A stretch of 64,000 nt of DNA, taken from positions 16,635-80,634 of the IMG/VR virus record IMGVR_UViG_3300037183_000082; one strand, 5' to 3'. Below, one piece after another: positions 53,964 to 64,000 of this stretch; position 1 is the first letter of the stretch, and every line of letters starts with the position of its first letter. This stretch comes from a virus (Duplodnaviria; Caudoviricetes). A model generated the notes under the pieces. That model was not told the origin of the DNA and made no database searches. It saw only the letters and a list, made by a program, of their open reading frames with translations. A program made the translations under genes and the position numbers.

Positions 53964-54653
53964 ATGAGCAAGATCATCTGGGATGGTGAGGAGCTGGATC
54001 TCGGCGATTCCGAGCTGCTGATCTACGACCCTACACCGTCGATGTGGTTTGACCCCTCAGACCCCGGGTGCGGCGTGCGTAAGGTCGAGCCCCAGCTGTT
54101 CGTCGGGCACTGGACCGGGGGCGAGAATGGCATCGCCGGGATCTACGCGACCTTGCGCGAGCGCGAGCTGTCGGTCGAGTTCGCGATGGACGCAGGGGGT
54201 GGCATTCAGCAACTCGCCGACCCAGGCAAGACTTATTGCGCCCACGCCCAGGGTGTGAACATTAGCTCGTTTGGGATGGAGATCCAGTGTCGTGGCGTCG
54301 TGCCAGGCGCGTTCACCCCAGCGCAGCTGAAAAAGCTGGGGGCGAAGGTCCCCCGCGGCACCTACAAGGCCCAGTACCACGGACACGACTGGTCGATCGC
54401 TTCCTTCACCGCCGACCAGATGAACGCGTGGGCTGCGTTCTGCGAGCTGCTCGTGCAGGCCAGGATCATCTCGAGGCAGGTCTACGGCGACCCACGCAAG
54501 AAAACGCCTTGCCTCGAAGTTCTGCCCCTGAAAAAGCTGCAGACGATGCAAGGGATCATCGGCCACCTGAACGTGTCGCCCGAGAAGCTCGACCCAGGCC
54601 CCCAGCCCTTCGAGGAGCTGATCGCCGATGGCTGGAAGGTCGTCGCGCCGTGA
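53964..54653 (+). CDS. N-acetylmuramoyl-L-alanine amidase (Amidase_2), endolysin candidate
   Basis: GHWTGG, SVEF, AHA..N..S.GMEI, IGH..V..K.DPG. Confidence 0.85.
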   Translation: MSKIIWDGEELDLGDSELLIYDPTPSMWFDPSDPGCGVRKVEPQLFVGHWTGGENGIAGIYATLRERELSVEFAMDAGGGIQQLADPGKTYCAHAQGVNISSFGMEIQCRGVVPGAFTPAQLKKLGAKVPRGTYKAQYHGHDWSIASFTADQMNAWAAFCELLVQARIISRQVYGDPRKKTPCLEVLPLKKLQTMQGIIGHLNVSPEKLDPGPQPFEELIADGWKVVAP

Positions 54654-54889
54654 CACTGCCAGAACCGTACGCGAGCTTTCCAGGACTGTCCTGCTGGTGC
54701 ATCTACGACAAGCCTCTTGACTTGCCGACCAAGTTCGTGGTGCGCGAATGGCGCGGGCTTGCTGCCGCCCTGCATGCTGACACCTTCGATACACTCGAAG
54801 CGGCACGCGCGTTTCTGAAAGCGCGCAACCTTGTCCCCATTCGTAGGCACACTGCGGATGACCCCGTCATCGTCGAGACGTGGATATGA
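54650..54889 (+). CDS. conserved small phage protein
   Basis: IYD.P.D.P.KFVVR.W...R...DDPVIVETW. Confidence 0.7.
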   Translation: MTLPEPYASFPGLSCWCIYDKPLDLPTKFVVREWRGLAAALHADTFDTLEAARAFLKARNLVPIRRHTADDPVIVETWI

Positions 54890-55359
54890 AAAAACCGAAT
54901 CGAATCAAGCACAACCGAGCGAAAGCTTACAGGGAGCGAAGAACCATGGAAATGACAGCCCAGGGCGCACTGAACATCGTGCTTGCCGTCACACGCGAAG
55001 CCACGTTGAAGGCCGCCGACTACGAGCAGTGCCAGCGCGCGCTGCAAGTCATCGCCGACCGCATGAACATCGCCAACAGGTTCGAGGTCGCGGCGAAAGC
55101 TGCGGGGTTACCGACGGTCCCGCCCGAGCTGGGCCCCGACGGGTTGCCTGCAGTTGCCGAACCGGCCGCGCCCGCGCCCGCGGCAGCCCCTGATGCGCTC
55201 GCGTCAGCGCAGGCACTGCTCGCACAGCTGCAAGCACAGACCGCCGCGCTACAAGCCCAAGCCGATGCGTTGGCGACAGCGCCGGTTGCGACCTCGAACG
55301 GGCCTGTGACACCCACGGCGCCAAGACCGCCGAAGGCGCCGCGAGCACCCAGCCCCTAG
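54886..55359 (+). CDS. hypothetical protein, Ala/Pro-rich tail
   Basis: ATGA coupling. Confidence 0.65.
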   Translation: MKKPNRIKHNRAKAYRERRTMEMTAQGALNIVLAVTREATLKAADYEQCQRALQVIADRMNIANRFEVAAKAAGLPTVPPELGPDGLPAVAEPAAPAPAAAPDALASAQALLAQLQAQTAALQAQADALATAPVATSNGPVTPTAPRPPKAPRAPSP

Positions 55360-58300
55360 ATCCCGGTACTGCGCACAACCCACCAGTTGGTGCCGTCGCA
55401 CTTGCACCTAAACTGCTCGTTGGCCGTGTTGGTGACGAGGATAGACGCAGTGCCGTTGACGTTGCCCGAGGTGTTCGAGTCGAGCGTGAATTGCCCCGAA
55501 GCGGGGCAGACAAACTCGATCGTCTGACCCGCGCAGTTGGCAGGGTTGGGCAGGTGCAGCGTGTTGCCTACCGTGAGCGTGACGTTGCTGAAAGACCCGA
55601 TGATGAGGGTCTGCCCTGTCGTGGTAATCGCAGTCGGAATGCGCTGTACAACGCTCGCACCCTGAGCTGCCGTGTTGCTCGGGATGCCGCCGACATAGAG
55701 CAACAAACCCGCAGCAATAGTGCCACCAAGAATGGTCGCATTGCCGCTCGATGGGTTGATGCCCACATAGCCGACGTTCGCGGTGCCGTTGTTGACGCCG
55801 TGGTTGAGGAAAATGACACCGCCAGCCTGACCCGAAGCGGCGCCATTGGTCGCAGTGAGTGTGATGCCCGCACCCGCATTCGATCCTGCGCTCGTGCCTG
55901 CGGAGATGTTGATCGCGCCGCCAAGGCCGCTCGCGCCTGCGTTGCCGCCTGAAAGCGTGATGTTGCCGCCTCGACCTGAGGTCGCACCACCTGCGCCGCC
56001 TTGGACAGACGCGTCACCGCCATGGCCTGTCGTACCGGGGACCCCCGCGACCAGGATAATCGCACCGCCGTTGCCGCTCGTGTTGCCAGCACCTGCAAAG
56101 AGCGAGATCGCGGCGCCGCTGATCGCCGCACCCGTGGCGTCTGCCGCTGTCAGCGTGATCGTGCCCGGAGCGCCTGTCCCGACGCACGCACCGCCATTGA
56201 TCGCGACGTTGCCGCCCGCCTTGTTGGTGCCGAACGCCGCACCGCCCTGGAGGGTGAGCAAACCGCCCGCACCGTTGCCTGTCGAGGTGTTGGCCGCACC
56301 GCCTGCGATCGTGACTGCACCGCCGTCGCCGGAAGTGCTACCCCCGACACCGCCTGCAAACAGAACAGCACCACCCGTGCCTGTCGCCCCCGCTGTACCA
56401 CCGACGACAGTAAGCAAGCCTGGTGTTCCGCTACCAGTGGCTGTTCCACCCTGTAGCGTGGCCGCGCCGCCGTTCTTGTTGGTGCCGAATGCTGTGCCGC
56501 CCTGAAGTGTCAGAGCGCCGCCGTTGCCGGAACCTGTTGCGCTGTTTGCGGCACCGCCTGCGACAGTGGTCGCACCACCATCGCCGGAGGTCGAACCGCC
56601 AACACCGCCCGCGATGAGAAGCCCGCCTCCGGTGCCAGTAGCGCCACCTGCGCCGGGGTTGAGGGTGATGAGACCGCCCGCACTCGCGCTCGAACCTGCG
56701 CCCGAGTTGAGAGTCAGCGCGCCGCCTGTCACGCCAGTGTTTGCAGAAGCTCCCGCAGTGATGGTGACAGCACCAGGCGTGCCGGTGCCGGTCGCCGCAC
56801 CCGCCGTGATAGTGATTGCGCCACCCGCTGCGCCAGTTGCCGCGCTCGAACCCGCAGCACCTGCGGTGATCGCGATCGCACCGCCCGCACCACCCGCTGC
56901 ACCTGTGCTCGCACCACCAGCTCCGCCTGCAATGGTGATGGCGGAACCTGCACCACCGACACCGCTTGTGCCGTTGGTCGCAGCACCGCCAGTGCCGCCA
57001 GTGAGCGTAACGGAGCCTGCGGCGCCGCCGATGCCTGCAGCACCGGAAGCTGCACCGCCGTTACCTACAGTGAGTGACCAAGCACCGCTCGCGCCCGCAG
57101 TGCCCGTGGTCGCAGTCCCGCCCGCACCTCCCGTGATGGTGATCGTGCCGCCGACACCGGACGTGCCTGCGATCGCACGATTGGAGCCCGTACCTGTTGT
57201 GAGCGAGAACCCGCCGCCAGTGCCGACCGTGCCGTTGGTCGTGTTGCCAGCGTTGCCTGTGACGAGGGTGAGCGTGCCGCCCGAGCCGTTCGCTGTGGCG
57301 TTGCTCGCGCCAGCGCCGGTCTGGATGCGAATGATGCCAGCCGTGCCACCACCTGTGTTGGAGGCGCCAGTCGGCGGCGCCTCAATGAGGATGGACTGCG
57401 TTCCTGCAACCGTTCCGAACGAAGAGTTGGGCGAGCCCGTACTCGACGAACCACCAAGAATATGCACACCACCCGCTGCGCCGCTGTCAGTCGTTGCGCC
57501 GCCTGTGATGATGACGCGACCACCTACGCCGTTGGCCGTCCCACCCTGACCGCCTGTGATCAAGACTTGACCACCTGCACCGCCCAATCCGGCAGAGGTT
57601 GCGCCTTGTCCGCCTACGAGACTGGCAGCACCGCCAACACCACCCGCCACAGAACCCGTTCCACCTGCGCCGCCCGTGGCAGAAACAGCACCACCAACAC
57701 CACCTGTCTGGTTAGCGCTTGCGCCGCCTGTGCCCGCAAGCACTGCGAATGCGCCACCCACGCCGCCGTTGCTGCCGGCGCCTGCGTTGGTGCTCGCGCC
57801 ACCCGTCCCTGAAGTGAGACTGAAAGCACCGCCCGCTCCACCAACGCTCGCGCCGCCTGTTGTCGAGCCACCCGTACCGCCTGTACTCGTCAGACCTCCA
57901 CCGCTGCCTGCGGTGATGCTGCTGTTGTTGCGCGGCGATCCGTTGCCCATCGTGATCGTGACCGCGCCGCCTGTCGCCGAAGCCAACGTAGCTGTCTGAC
58001 CTGCGTTGCCTGCAGTGAGTGTGATGCCGCCACCTGCGCCGTTGGCCGTAGTAGATGAGCCCAAGCCGCTCTGAATTCGGACAGTGCCGCCCGGGACCGC
58101 GTTGCCACCCGCCGCAGCAGGCGAACCCTCGATGAGCACCGATTGCGATCCAGACACCGTACCGAACGTGGGGTTGACCGAGCTTTGCGTGACGGCTGTA
58201 CCACCACGGACCCATGCGCCGCCTGCCGTCGCAGAGGTAGAACCCGCTGTGCCACCCTGGACAATCACATTGCCGGCAACGCCAGAAGTCCCGGAGGTAC

Positions 58301-59036
58301 CGGCTTGCAGGGTCGTGCTACCACCATTGCCGCTAGTGTCGCCCGTTCCTGCCTGAATCAGGACAGCGCCGCCCGCCGCTGTCGTGCCTGCACTCGTCGC
58401 ACCCGCCAAAATCGAAATGCCACCGCCTGTTGCAGCCGCACCGCCGTTGCCGCCGGTACCCGCTTGCAAAGTCAGAAGACCGCCGACCCCAAGCCCGGAA
58501 CCCGCGCCGGTGTTGATTGTGACCGCAGCGCCGGTAATGTCGCCACTGACTGCCGAGGCAGCCGTGAATGTGAGCGACCCCGGGACGCCGGAACCCGTAG
58601 ACGCTCCGCCAGCGACTGTGACAGCGCCGCCATCCCGGTTGGTCCCGACGCCTGCGCCACCCGTCAGCGAAGCTGCGCCACCCGCACCTGCGGTTGTGGC
58701 AGCGCCTCCGACGAGTTGCAGCGCACCGCCTGCGCCCGACGTGGCACCACCTGCACCGCCGCGCACGAGACACACTGCGCCAGCACCTGTTGCGCCGCCT
58801 TGGCCCGCTTGCACCGTGACTGCGCCGCCGTTGCCCGAGGTGTTGCCAGTACCACCCGAGATCGACAGCGACGAACCCAAGTTGGTCGCCGCGAGCCCCG
58901 TCGCCATCGTCAGTGTGACGGCAGAGGCGCCTGCGGTGAACACAGGCGCCGTCCAGATCGCAGCAACAGCCGGCGTCCCGCCATTGTTGCGCGTGAGCGT
59001 TACCGCACCGAGTGAATCGAGAGATCCAAATTGCAT
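55356..59036 (-). CDS. Gly/Ala/Thr-rich repetitive fibre/adhesin-like protein (1226 aa)
   Basis: dozens of ~17-18-aa GG(A/N)(V/L)T(I/L).(G/A)G.G repeats; distinct C-terminal domain. Confidence 0.8.
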   Translation of the reverse strand: MQFGSLDSLGAVTLTRNNGGTPAVAAIWTAPVFTAGASAVTLTMATGLAATNLGSSLSISGGTGNTSGNGGAVTVQAGQGGATGAGAVCLVRGGAGGATSGAGGALQLVGGAATTAGAGGAASLTGGAGVGTNRDGGAVTVAGGASTGSGVPGSLTFTAASAVSGDITGAAVTINTGAGSGLGVGGLLTLQAGTGGNGGAAATGGGISILAGATSAGTTAAGGAVLIQAGTGDTSGNGGSTTLQAGTSGTSGVAGNVIVQGGTAGSTSATAGGAWVRGGTAVTQSSVNPTFGTVSGSQSVLIEGSPAAAGGNAVPGGTVRIQSGLGSSTTANGAGGGITLTAGNAGQTATLASATGGAVTITMGNGSPRNNSSITAGSGGGLTSTGGTGGSTTGGASVGGAGGAFSLTSGTGGASTNAGAGSNGGVGGAFAVLAGTGGASANQTGGVGGAVSATGGAGGTGSVAGGVGGAASLVGGQGATSAGLGGAGGQVLITGGQGGTANGVGGRVIITGGATTDSGAAGGVHILGGSSSTGSPNSSFGTVAGTQSILIEAPPTGASNTGGGTAGIIRIQTGAGASNATANGSGGTLTLVTGNAGNTTNGTVGTGGGFSLTTGTGSNRAIAGTSGVGGTITITGGAGGTATTGTAGASGAWSLTVGNGGAASGAAGIGGAAGSVTLTGGTGGAATNGTSGVGGAGSAITIAGGAGGASTGAAGGAGGAIAITAGAAGSSAATGAAGGAITITAGAATGTGTPGAVTITAGASANTGVTGGALTLNSGAGSSASAGGLITLNPGAGGATGTGGGLLIAGGVGGSTSGDGGATTVAGGAANSATGSGNGGALTLQGGTAFGTNKNGGAATLQGGTATGSGTPGLLTVVGGTAGATGTGGAVLFAGGVGGSTSGDGGAVTIAGGAANTSTGNGAGGLLTLQGGAAFGTNKAGGNVAINGGACVGTGAPGTITLTAADATGAAISGAAISLFAGAGNTSGNGGAIILVAGVPGTTGHGGDASVQGGAGGATSGRGGNITLSGGNAGASGLGGAINISAGTSAGSNAGAGITLTATNGAASGQAGGVIFLNHGVNNGTANVGYVGINPSSGNATILGGTIAAGLLLYVGGIPSNTAAQGASVVQRIPTAITTTGQTLIIGSFSNVTLTVGNTLHLPNPANCAGQTIEFVCPASGQFTLDSNTSGNVNGTASILVTNTANEQFRCKCDGTNWWVVRSTGI

Positions 59037-59055
59037 GTCAAAGCTCCTGATTCAA

Positions 59056-60267
59056 TCAGCCGAAGCAAACACCCTTGAAGCCTGCGGGCAGCGTGCCGCC
59101 GTTGGCTGCGCGGTAGCTCGCGAGGTTGATCGTGATGGCGTTGCCCGACGTGAACGTGATGCTGTCCGGGATGACCTGCAGCGCGTTCTGATCCTGCAGC
59201 GCCGTATCGACGACCACGTTCGTGGTAAGACCGAAGTTGTGCGTCACCGTGAAGTTGTCCGAACCGGCCTCGGTGAGCGTGAAGCGAAACTCCTGCACTG
59301 AGCCTGCAGGCGTCGCCCAAGTAAGAACGCCCGAACCGTTGTTCTGCAAAAACGTGCTCGCACCACCCTGCGCAGTCGGCCAGGTCATCGCGTAGCTCGT
59401 CACTGCAGCAGGCGCTTTGATGTCGACCGTCGTCGCATCATCGCAGACGAAACGAAGCCGCGATGCGCGGTTGTCAGTTGCAGTGCGATCGATCTGGACA
59501 AAGCCGTCGTTCGCAAGAACGCTGCCTCGACCACCACGCAAAACGACGTTGCCGCCGACCGTTCCACCTGCGCCGAATGCCGCGCCTGCGACCGTCACCG
59601 TTCCGGGCAGCCCTGTCGTTCCAGGCGCACCGCCCGTGATGGTGACAGCACCGCCCGCACTGGTTGTCCCACCACCCTGACCACCGTCGATCGAGACTGC
59701 GCCGCCGACTTGCGTAGTCCCTCGACCACGACCACCGCGCATGGTCAACGATCCACCTGCACCTGCACCTGCGGCATTCGCATCACCGCCAAACAACGAT
59801 GCGGTACCACCATCACCTGTCGTCGCGCCGCCCGTGCCGCCCTGCACTTGAACAGCACCGCCATTGCTTGTCGTCGCCGCGGCTGTGCCACCTAGCAACG
59901 CGGCATCGCCACCATTTTTGGACACCCCAACCCCGGCACCACCCTGGACTGTGACGCCACCTCCTGCACCAGATGCGCCGCCCGACCCGCCCGCGAGCTG
60001 TGCGTCGCCACCCTTCCCGGTTGCGCCACCGACACCGCCGACGAGAGAGACCGCGCCGCCTAGACCTGATGTATTTCCAACACCACCTACGAGCGCGAGC
60101 GCCGAGCCTGCGTTCGTGGCAGCAAGGCCAGCCGCCGCCGTAAGTGAAACCGCAGCTGCACCCGCCGTGAACGTCGAAGACGTGAGTGTGAACGCGACAG
60201 TCGGCGTGCCGCCGCTACTCCGCGTGAGCGTGACAGGGCCGATGGAATCGACAGATCCGAATTGCAT
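59056..60267 (-). CDS. Gly-rich fibre-like protein, paralog (403 aa)
   Basis: N-terminus nearly matches 55356..59036; C-terminal VTHN.G domain shared with 60279..62435. Confidence 0.8.
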   Translation of the reverse strand: MQFGSVDSIGPVTLTRSSGGTPTVAFTLTSSTFTAGAAAVSLTAAAGLAATNAGSALALVGGVGNTSGLGGAVSLVGGVGGATGKGGDAQLAGGSGGASGAGGGVTVQGGAGVGVSKNGGDAALLGGTAAATTSNGGAVQVQGGTGGATTGDGGTASLFGGDANAAGAGAGGSLTMRGGRGRGTTQVGGAVSIDGGQGGGTTSAGGAVTITGGAPGTTGLPGTVTVAGAAFGAGGTVGGNVVLRGGRGSVLANDGFVQIDRTATDNRASRLRFVCDDATTVDIKAPAAVTSYAMTWPTAQGGASTFLQNNGSGVLTWATPAGSVQEFRFTLTEAGSDNFTVTHNFGLTTNVVVDTALQDQNALQVIPDSITFTSGNAITINLASYRAANGGTLPAGFKGVCFG

Positions 60268-60278
60268 GGGGAAAGCTC

Positions 60279-62435
60279 CTAGTTCACGACCACGTTCCAA
60301 GTGCCAGGGATGGCGCCGCCGTTTTCAGTTTGAAAAGCAGCGAGATTGATCGTGAGTGTGTTGACACCCGTGTCGACCGTCGTGGCTGCCGTGATCAACG
60401 TGTTCGTGTTGTCGTAGACCGCCACGTTGTGGTAGCGAACGCCGAGGTTGTGCGTGACTGTCAGAACACCGCCCGCAAGGGTCGCATCAGTAAAGGACGT
60501 GCGATACGCACTGCCGCCCGACACCGCGGCCCAGGACATGACGCCCGCAGTCGTCGAGGTGAGCGCGTAGCCGTTGACGGCGGGATACGCGCCAGGCCAA
60601 ACGTACGGGTTGTCGCCCGCCATCGTACCCGCGGCACGCAGCGAGAAATAGTTCGTGCCGGGAGAGTCTTCGCGGAAACGGAGCTCGGTGGCAGTGCCGC
60701 CCCCTGGCGCAAGGATGACGATAGCGCCCTGTGTTCCAGTGCCGACGCTGCCCGGCGAGAGCGTGACGCTGCCGCTGTTGCCGCTCGTGGCACCTCCGTC
60801 GCCGCCATAGATGGCAGCATCGCCGCCGTTGCCCGTATCGCCACCTTGCCCCGCTACAAGGATGGCATTGCCGCCCGAGAACGAACCTGCACCCGTGCCT
60901 GCAACGGACACGACACTGCCACCGGCACCTGCACTCGCAGCACTACCGCCCGTGACATTGACTGCGCCGCCCGCACCACTCGTTGCTGCGCTGCCTGCAG
61001 TGAGATTGATGGGGCCGCCGTCTCCGGATGTTGCAACTCCGCCGGTACCGCCTTGAAGCGTGACGGCGCCGCCCGTACCGACGGTGTTCGCGTTGCCGCC
61101 CGTGAGCGAAATGGCTCCACCGTCACCCGCGCGCCCATTACCACCTGTGAAAGCGAAAAATCCGCCCGCGCCGCTTACGGTTCCACCCTGGCCGCCGTTG
61201 AAACGCCCAAAGCCGCCGTCCTGGTTGTTGTCTGCGTCGCCTGCGACAAAGAACACACCGCCCGCGTTGCCGTCCCCTGCAGCGTTTCCGCACTGAAAGA
61301 ACACCTGGCCGCCGTCGTGATCGCCAGGTCCTGTCGCGTTGCCCGCGGTGAATTGAAGAAAACCCCCATCACCACTCGTGCCGGCAAGCCCTGCTGTGAG
61401 CGTGACGCTACCGCCGTTGCCCGCAGTGGGTGCGCCTGCGTTGAGAGTCACGCTACCACCCGCCCCCAACGTCGCACCGCCAGCATTGAGCGTGATGTCG
61501 CCGCCGTTGCCAGATGTGCCGCCGCCGAGGCCTGCATTGAGCGTGACAGCGCCACCCATCGCGGTGTCGAGCGCGTCGCCCGCGGTGAGCTGAATCGCTG
61601 CACCCGCCGCCGTGCCTGTACTCGCACCGGCGAACATGCGAATGAGGCCGCCAGAGCGGTCGACGCCTGCGCCGTCTGCAGCGGTGAGAATGATGCCGCC
61701 GCCGGTCCCATCCGTAGGGGTGCCGCCGTTGAGCACGACACCGCCGCCGGTGCCAGAGGTACCGCCCGCACCACCTTGCAGCGTGACCGTGCCGCCTGCC
61801 GCACCACCGCCGCCACCATCGCCACCGAACAGGTGCGCTGCGCCGCCGTTGCCGGCTGTGCCGGTGCCGCCGAGCACTACAACAGGCAGGCCGACGGCAG
61901 CAGAATCCGCCGTGAACGTCGGCGCGACGCTCGCAGTCAACGTCCCTGCAGGTGTGACACGAAACGCAGAACCACCTTCGATGACCTTGCCCGTGACTCC
62001 GTTGAACAGCGCAAGTTCGAGATTGATCGCGCTGCCGGGGCCGACGACATCGCCTGTACCTGCGACTGCACCCCACTTGACGCCTGTCGGCTGCGTCGAG
62101 TCCGCCATGAGCACGGTGCCGTTGGCGCCCACGGTCTCTGCAGAGAATGCGGCGACTCCTATGCCGACGAGAATGTCGCCCTTGGCTGTGAAGGCCGCGG
62201 TCGTAATCGCGTTGTCGAGGATCCAATCGGCGTTCGTGAGGCCCGCGCCGAGCAGATACGTAGCGGACGTGCCTTGCGTGAACACGACCATGCCGAACTT
62301 GCGTTCGTTGGCAGGAATGGCGTCACGTGCGGTGACGTCGGCGACTGCGCGATAGCCGCCCTTCTGGTAGACGTCCTCCAGAATGTAGAACGCGCCGAGT
62401 GGGTAGATGAAGTCGGTAAGTCCGATGCCGGCCAT
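60279..62435 (-). CDS. Gly-rich fibre-like protein (718 aa)
   Basis: KGGYR.V..RD.IP..R..GM.V and TAKGD..VG.NG.VL.ADS phage-fibre motifs; same repeats. Confidence 0.8.
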   Translation of the reverse strand: MAGIGLTDFIYPLGAFYILEDVYQKGGYRAVADVTARDAIPANERKFGMVVFTQGTSATYLLGAGLTNADWILDNAITTAAFTAKGDILVGIGVAAFSAETVGANGTVLMADSTQPTGVKWGAVAGTGDVVGPGSAINLELALFNGVTGKVIEGGSAFRVTPAGTLTASVAPTFTADSAAVGLPVVVLGGTGTAGNGGAAHLFGGDGGGGGAAGGTVTLQGGAGGTSGTGGGVVLNGGTPTDGTGGGIILTAADGAGVDRSGGLIRMFAGASTGTAAGAAIQLTAGDALDTAMGGAVTLNAGLGGGTSGNGGDITLNAGGATLGAGGSVTLNAGAPTAGNGGSVTLTAGLAGTSGDGGFLQFTAGNATGPGDHDGGQVFFQCGNAAGDGNAGGVFFVAGDADNNQDGGFGRFNGGQGGTVSGAGGFFAFTGGNGRAGDGGAISLTGGNANTVGTGGAVTLQGGTGGVATSGDGGPINLTAGSAATSGAGGAVNVTGGSAASAGAGGSVVSVAGTGAGSFSGGNAILVAGQGGDTGNGGDAAIYGGDGGATSGNSGSVTLSPGSVGTGTQGAIVILAPGGGTATELRFREDSPGTNYFSLRAAGTMAGDNPYVWPGAYPAVNGYALTSTTAGVMSWAAVSGGSAYRTSFTDATLAGGVLTVTHNLGVRYHNVAVYDNTNTLITAATTVDTGVNTLTINLAAFQTENGGAIPGTWNVVVN

Positions 62436-62436
62436 G

Positions 62437-63348
62437 TCACGTCACCACGAAGTTGAGACCCGCGCCCGTGAGCAAGTTCGTGCTCCGGTAGACCGAGTAC
62501 GTTGAGGTGATGCCGTTTATGTTCGTCACCGAGAGCGAATCGGGGGCGTTGAACGCAGCAGGGAAGCCGTTGAGCGTGAAGGTCGCAGCGCCGTACGCCT
62601 GCGGGAACGCGTAGTACACGTACTCATTGCTTGGTGAGAGCGTGAGCGTGCGGTTCTTGGTGCCCGACAACGCCGTGTTCGCAAGCGCTTTGACCTGCGC
62701 CTCCGTGAGCGGGCCTGCGTTCGAGCTGACACCCCAGTAGACGTCGCGCGTCCAAGTGATGATCGTGTTTGCGCTCTTGGCGGGCGGCTTGTTCACGTTC
62801 AGCGTGATCGTCCAAGTCGGGTCGGCGCCAAGATCCGCACCGTCGCGCTTCACGTTCGCAGGCTGTGAGCCCGCCGCGAACGGCGCCACGAACGTCCAAG
62901 CGCCGGGGTTGACGTCGCCACCGCCGACGCTGCCGCCGAGCGTATTGACAAGCGCACCCGACGTCGGGGGCCCAGAGACGTAGCTCGCCGCGATAGTGAT
63001 ACCGACGAGCTGATCACCGCGGCGGTAGGTCACGGTCCCGGGGTTCGGCGCGTTCTTGGCGAAGCTCGCGATCGAGAAGCCTGGGAGGATCTGGTCCGCG
63101 TTGATCTGCTCCCAGTTGCCGTCGGCGTTGAGGTACTTGAACGCCGCGGCATCGCCGGCAGCGGGGGCGGGGACAGCGCCGTTCGCACCACCTGCGCCAC
63201 CGTCGCCGGTGAAGTTGACAACGCCCGGGTTCGGGTAGGTGCCGTTGAGCTTGCCACCCGCAGGCCCAGTCGGGGGCCCTCCACCACCGCCGCCTTCTTC
63301 CCCGAGCTGTTGAGGGACTACGTTCCCAATTGCGTTCCAATCGGACAT
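62437..63348 (-). CDS. putative virion/fibre-associated protein
   Basis: GPAGG.L.GTYPNP motif; beta-rich C-terminus. Confidence 0.7.
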   Translation of the reverse strand: MSDWNAIGNVVPQQLGEEGGGGGGPPTGPAGGKLNGTYPNPGVVNFTGDGGAGGANGAVPAPAAGDAAAFKYLNADGNWEQINADQILPGFSIASFAKNAPNPGTVTYRRGDQLVGITIAASYVSGPPTSGALVNTLGGSVGGGDVNPGAWTFVAPFAAGSQPANVKRDGADLGADPTWTITLNVNKPPAKSANTIITWTRDVYWGVSSNAGPLTEAQVKALANTALSGTKNRTLTLSPSNEYVYYAFPQAYGAATFTLNGFPAAFNAPDSLSVTNINGITSTYSVYRSTNLLTGAGLNFVVT

Positions 63349-63358
63349 GAGGCCCCTT

Positions 63359-63997
63359 TCAGGTGTGGCGCGCGAAGGAAATCGAGATCGTGCCGAACGT
63401 GGGCGACATCTCGCCGACGCCTATCTCATAGAGCGCGAGCGAAAAGCGCTTGTAGCCACAGGCCTCAAAGTCGAGCGTGAGCACGATGGGGGTGTTTGCT
63501 GTGACCACCGTCGTTTGGAGTAGCGTCGGCAGCGTCGTGCGCGCAGCGAAGTCTTGCGTGTAAGGCTCGCCCGAGGCGGGTCCGCCTACGACCGTCACGA
63601 CACCGCGCACGAAACCGAGCGGGAACATCGGGCTTTCAATCCCGAGCTGCGTGATCAGATCGTCGTCGATGTTGCCACCGACCATCGGAATGATGCAGAG
63701 CTGCGAGGTGTCTGTGGCAGGCACGTAGCGAAAGAGCGTCGACACGACGCGAAAATCGTCCATGTCGATGGGTTCGAGCAGCTCGGCGCCGGCGGTGAGC
63801 GTGACGTCCCGCTCCCACAGCTGCAGAGGCTCCTGGAACGGCGGCGCCCAGATGTAGGGCGCATCGTCATTGCCTGAGTTGGACCGCGGCTCGCCGGCCG
63901 CGTTCGCGTGCGCACTGAGCGTGCCCGGGTTGGTGGTGCGGCGAATCGCGCGGATCGAGGCGTCCACCTGTCCGCGGTTTCGACTGGCTGTGCTCAC
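63359..63997 (-). CDS. beta-rich hypothetical structural protein, possibly 5'-truncated by the window edge
   Basis: frame stays open to the window end. Confidence 0.6.
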   Translation of the reverse strand: MSTASRNRGQVDASIRAIRRTTNPGTLSAHANAAGEPRSNSGNDDAPYIWAPPFQEPLQLWERDVTLTAGAELLEPIDMDDFRVVSTLFRYVPATDTSQLCIIPMVGGNIDDDLITQLGIESPMFPLGFVRGVVTVVGGPASGEPYTQDFAARTTLPTLLQTTVVTANTPIVLTLDFEACGYKRFSLALYEIGVGEMSPTFGTISISFARHT

Positions 63998-64000
63998 GAG

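Noticed and set aside
55491-62456. Long + strand ORFs (e.g. 56524..57549, 58143..59015, 60330..62456)
   Set aside because: Antisense shadows of the Gly/Ala/Thr-rich minus-strand genes

Overview
GC-rich, gene-dense phage DNA with no host genes. It is most likely part of a free (non-integrated) temperate phage genome, because an intact attP sits at ~22.4-22.7 kb. Lipoproteins with DGG/DAG-rich tracts and an SspB-like gene tentatively suggest a Myxococcota-like host. Layout: partial gene and non-coding control region (1-1.9 kb); unknown genes (1.9-5.8 kb); replication/recombination module (6.1-20.9 kb: SNF2 helicase, PD-(D/E)XK nuclease, AAA ATPase, DUF669, Dam-like MTase, UDG-PolA with an intein, PIF1-like helicase, Mom-like GNAT); xis/int/attP (20.9-22.7 kb); small membrane, basic and cell-wall-hydrolase genes with accessory inserts (23-39 kb); two divergent arrays of small early-type genes plus DUF932 and a second tyrosine recombinase (39-52 kb); amidase and large Gly-rich fibre-like genes (52-64 kb). 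The top finding is a stand-alone Cas7/RAMP-like gene (9030-9698) directly preceded by a non-coding array of 5-nt units (NGY + variable NN, 8818-9001), with no CRISPR array or cas1/cas2. This is a candidate RNA-guided system with a gapped, non-contiguous guide code. It resembles the VIPR architecture as I recall it (from memory, not verified). Other notable signals: a three-way-junction RNA, two distinct gene-start signatures (leaderless -10 boxes versus GAAAGGACAG), a recurrent L/I-x-G-L-G motif in putative virion proteins, a stand-alone ubiquitin-like protein, and no recognisable terminase, portal or capsid gene in 64 kb. All calls come from motif recognition by eye; no database searches were run. 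Start codons were re-chosen where overlaps or RBS signals supported it.
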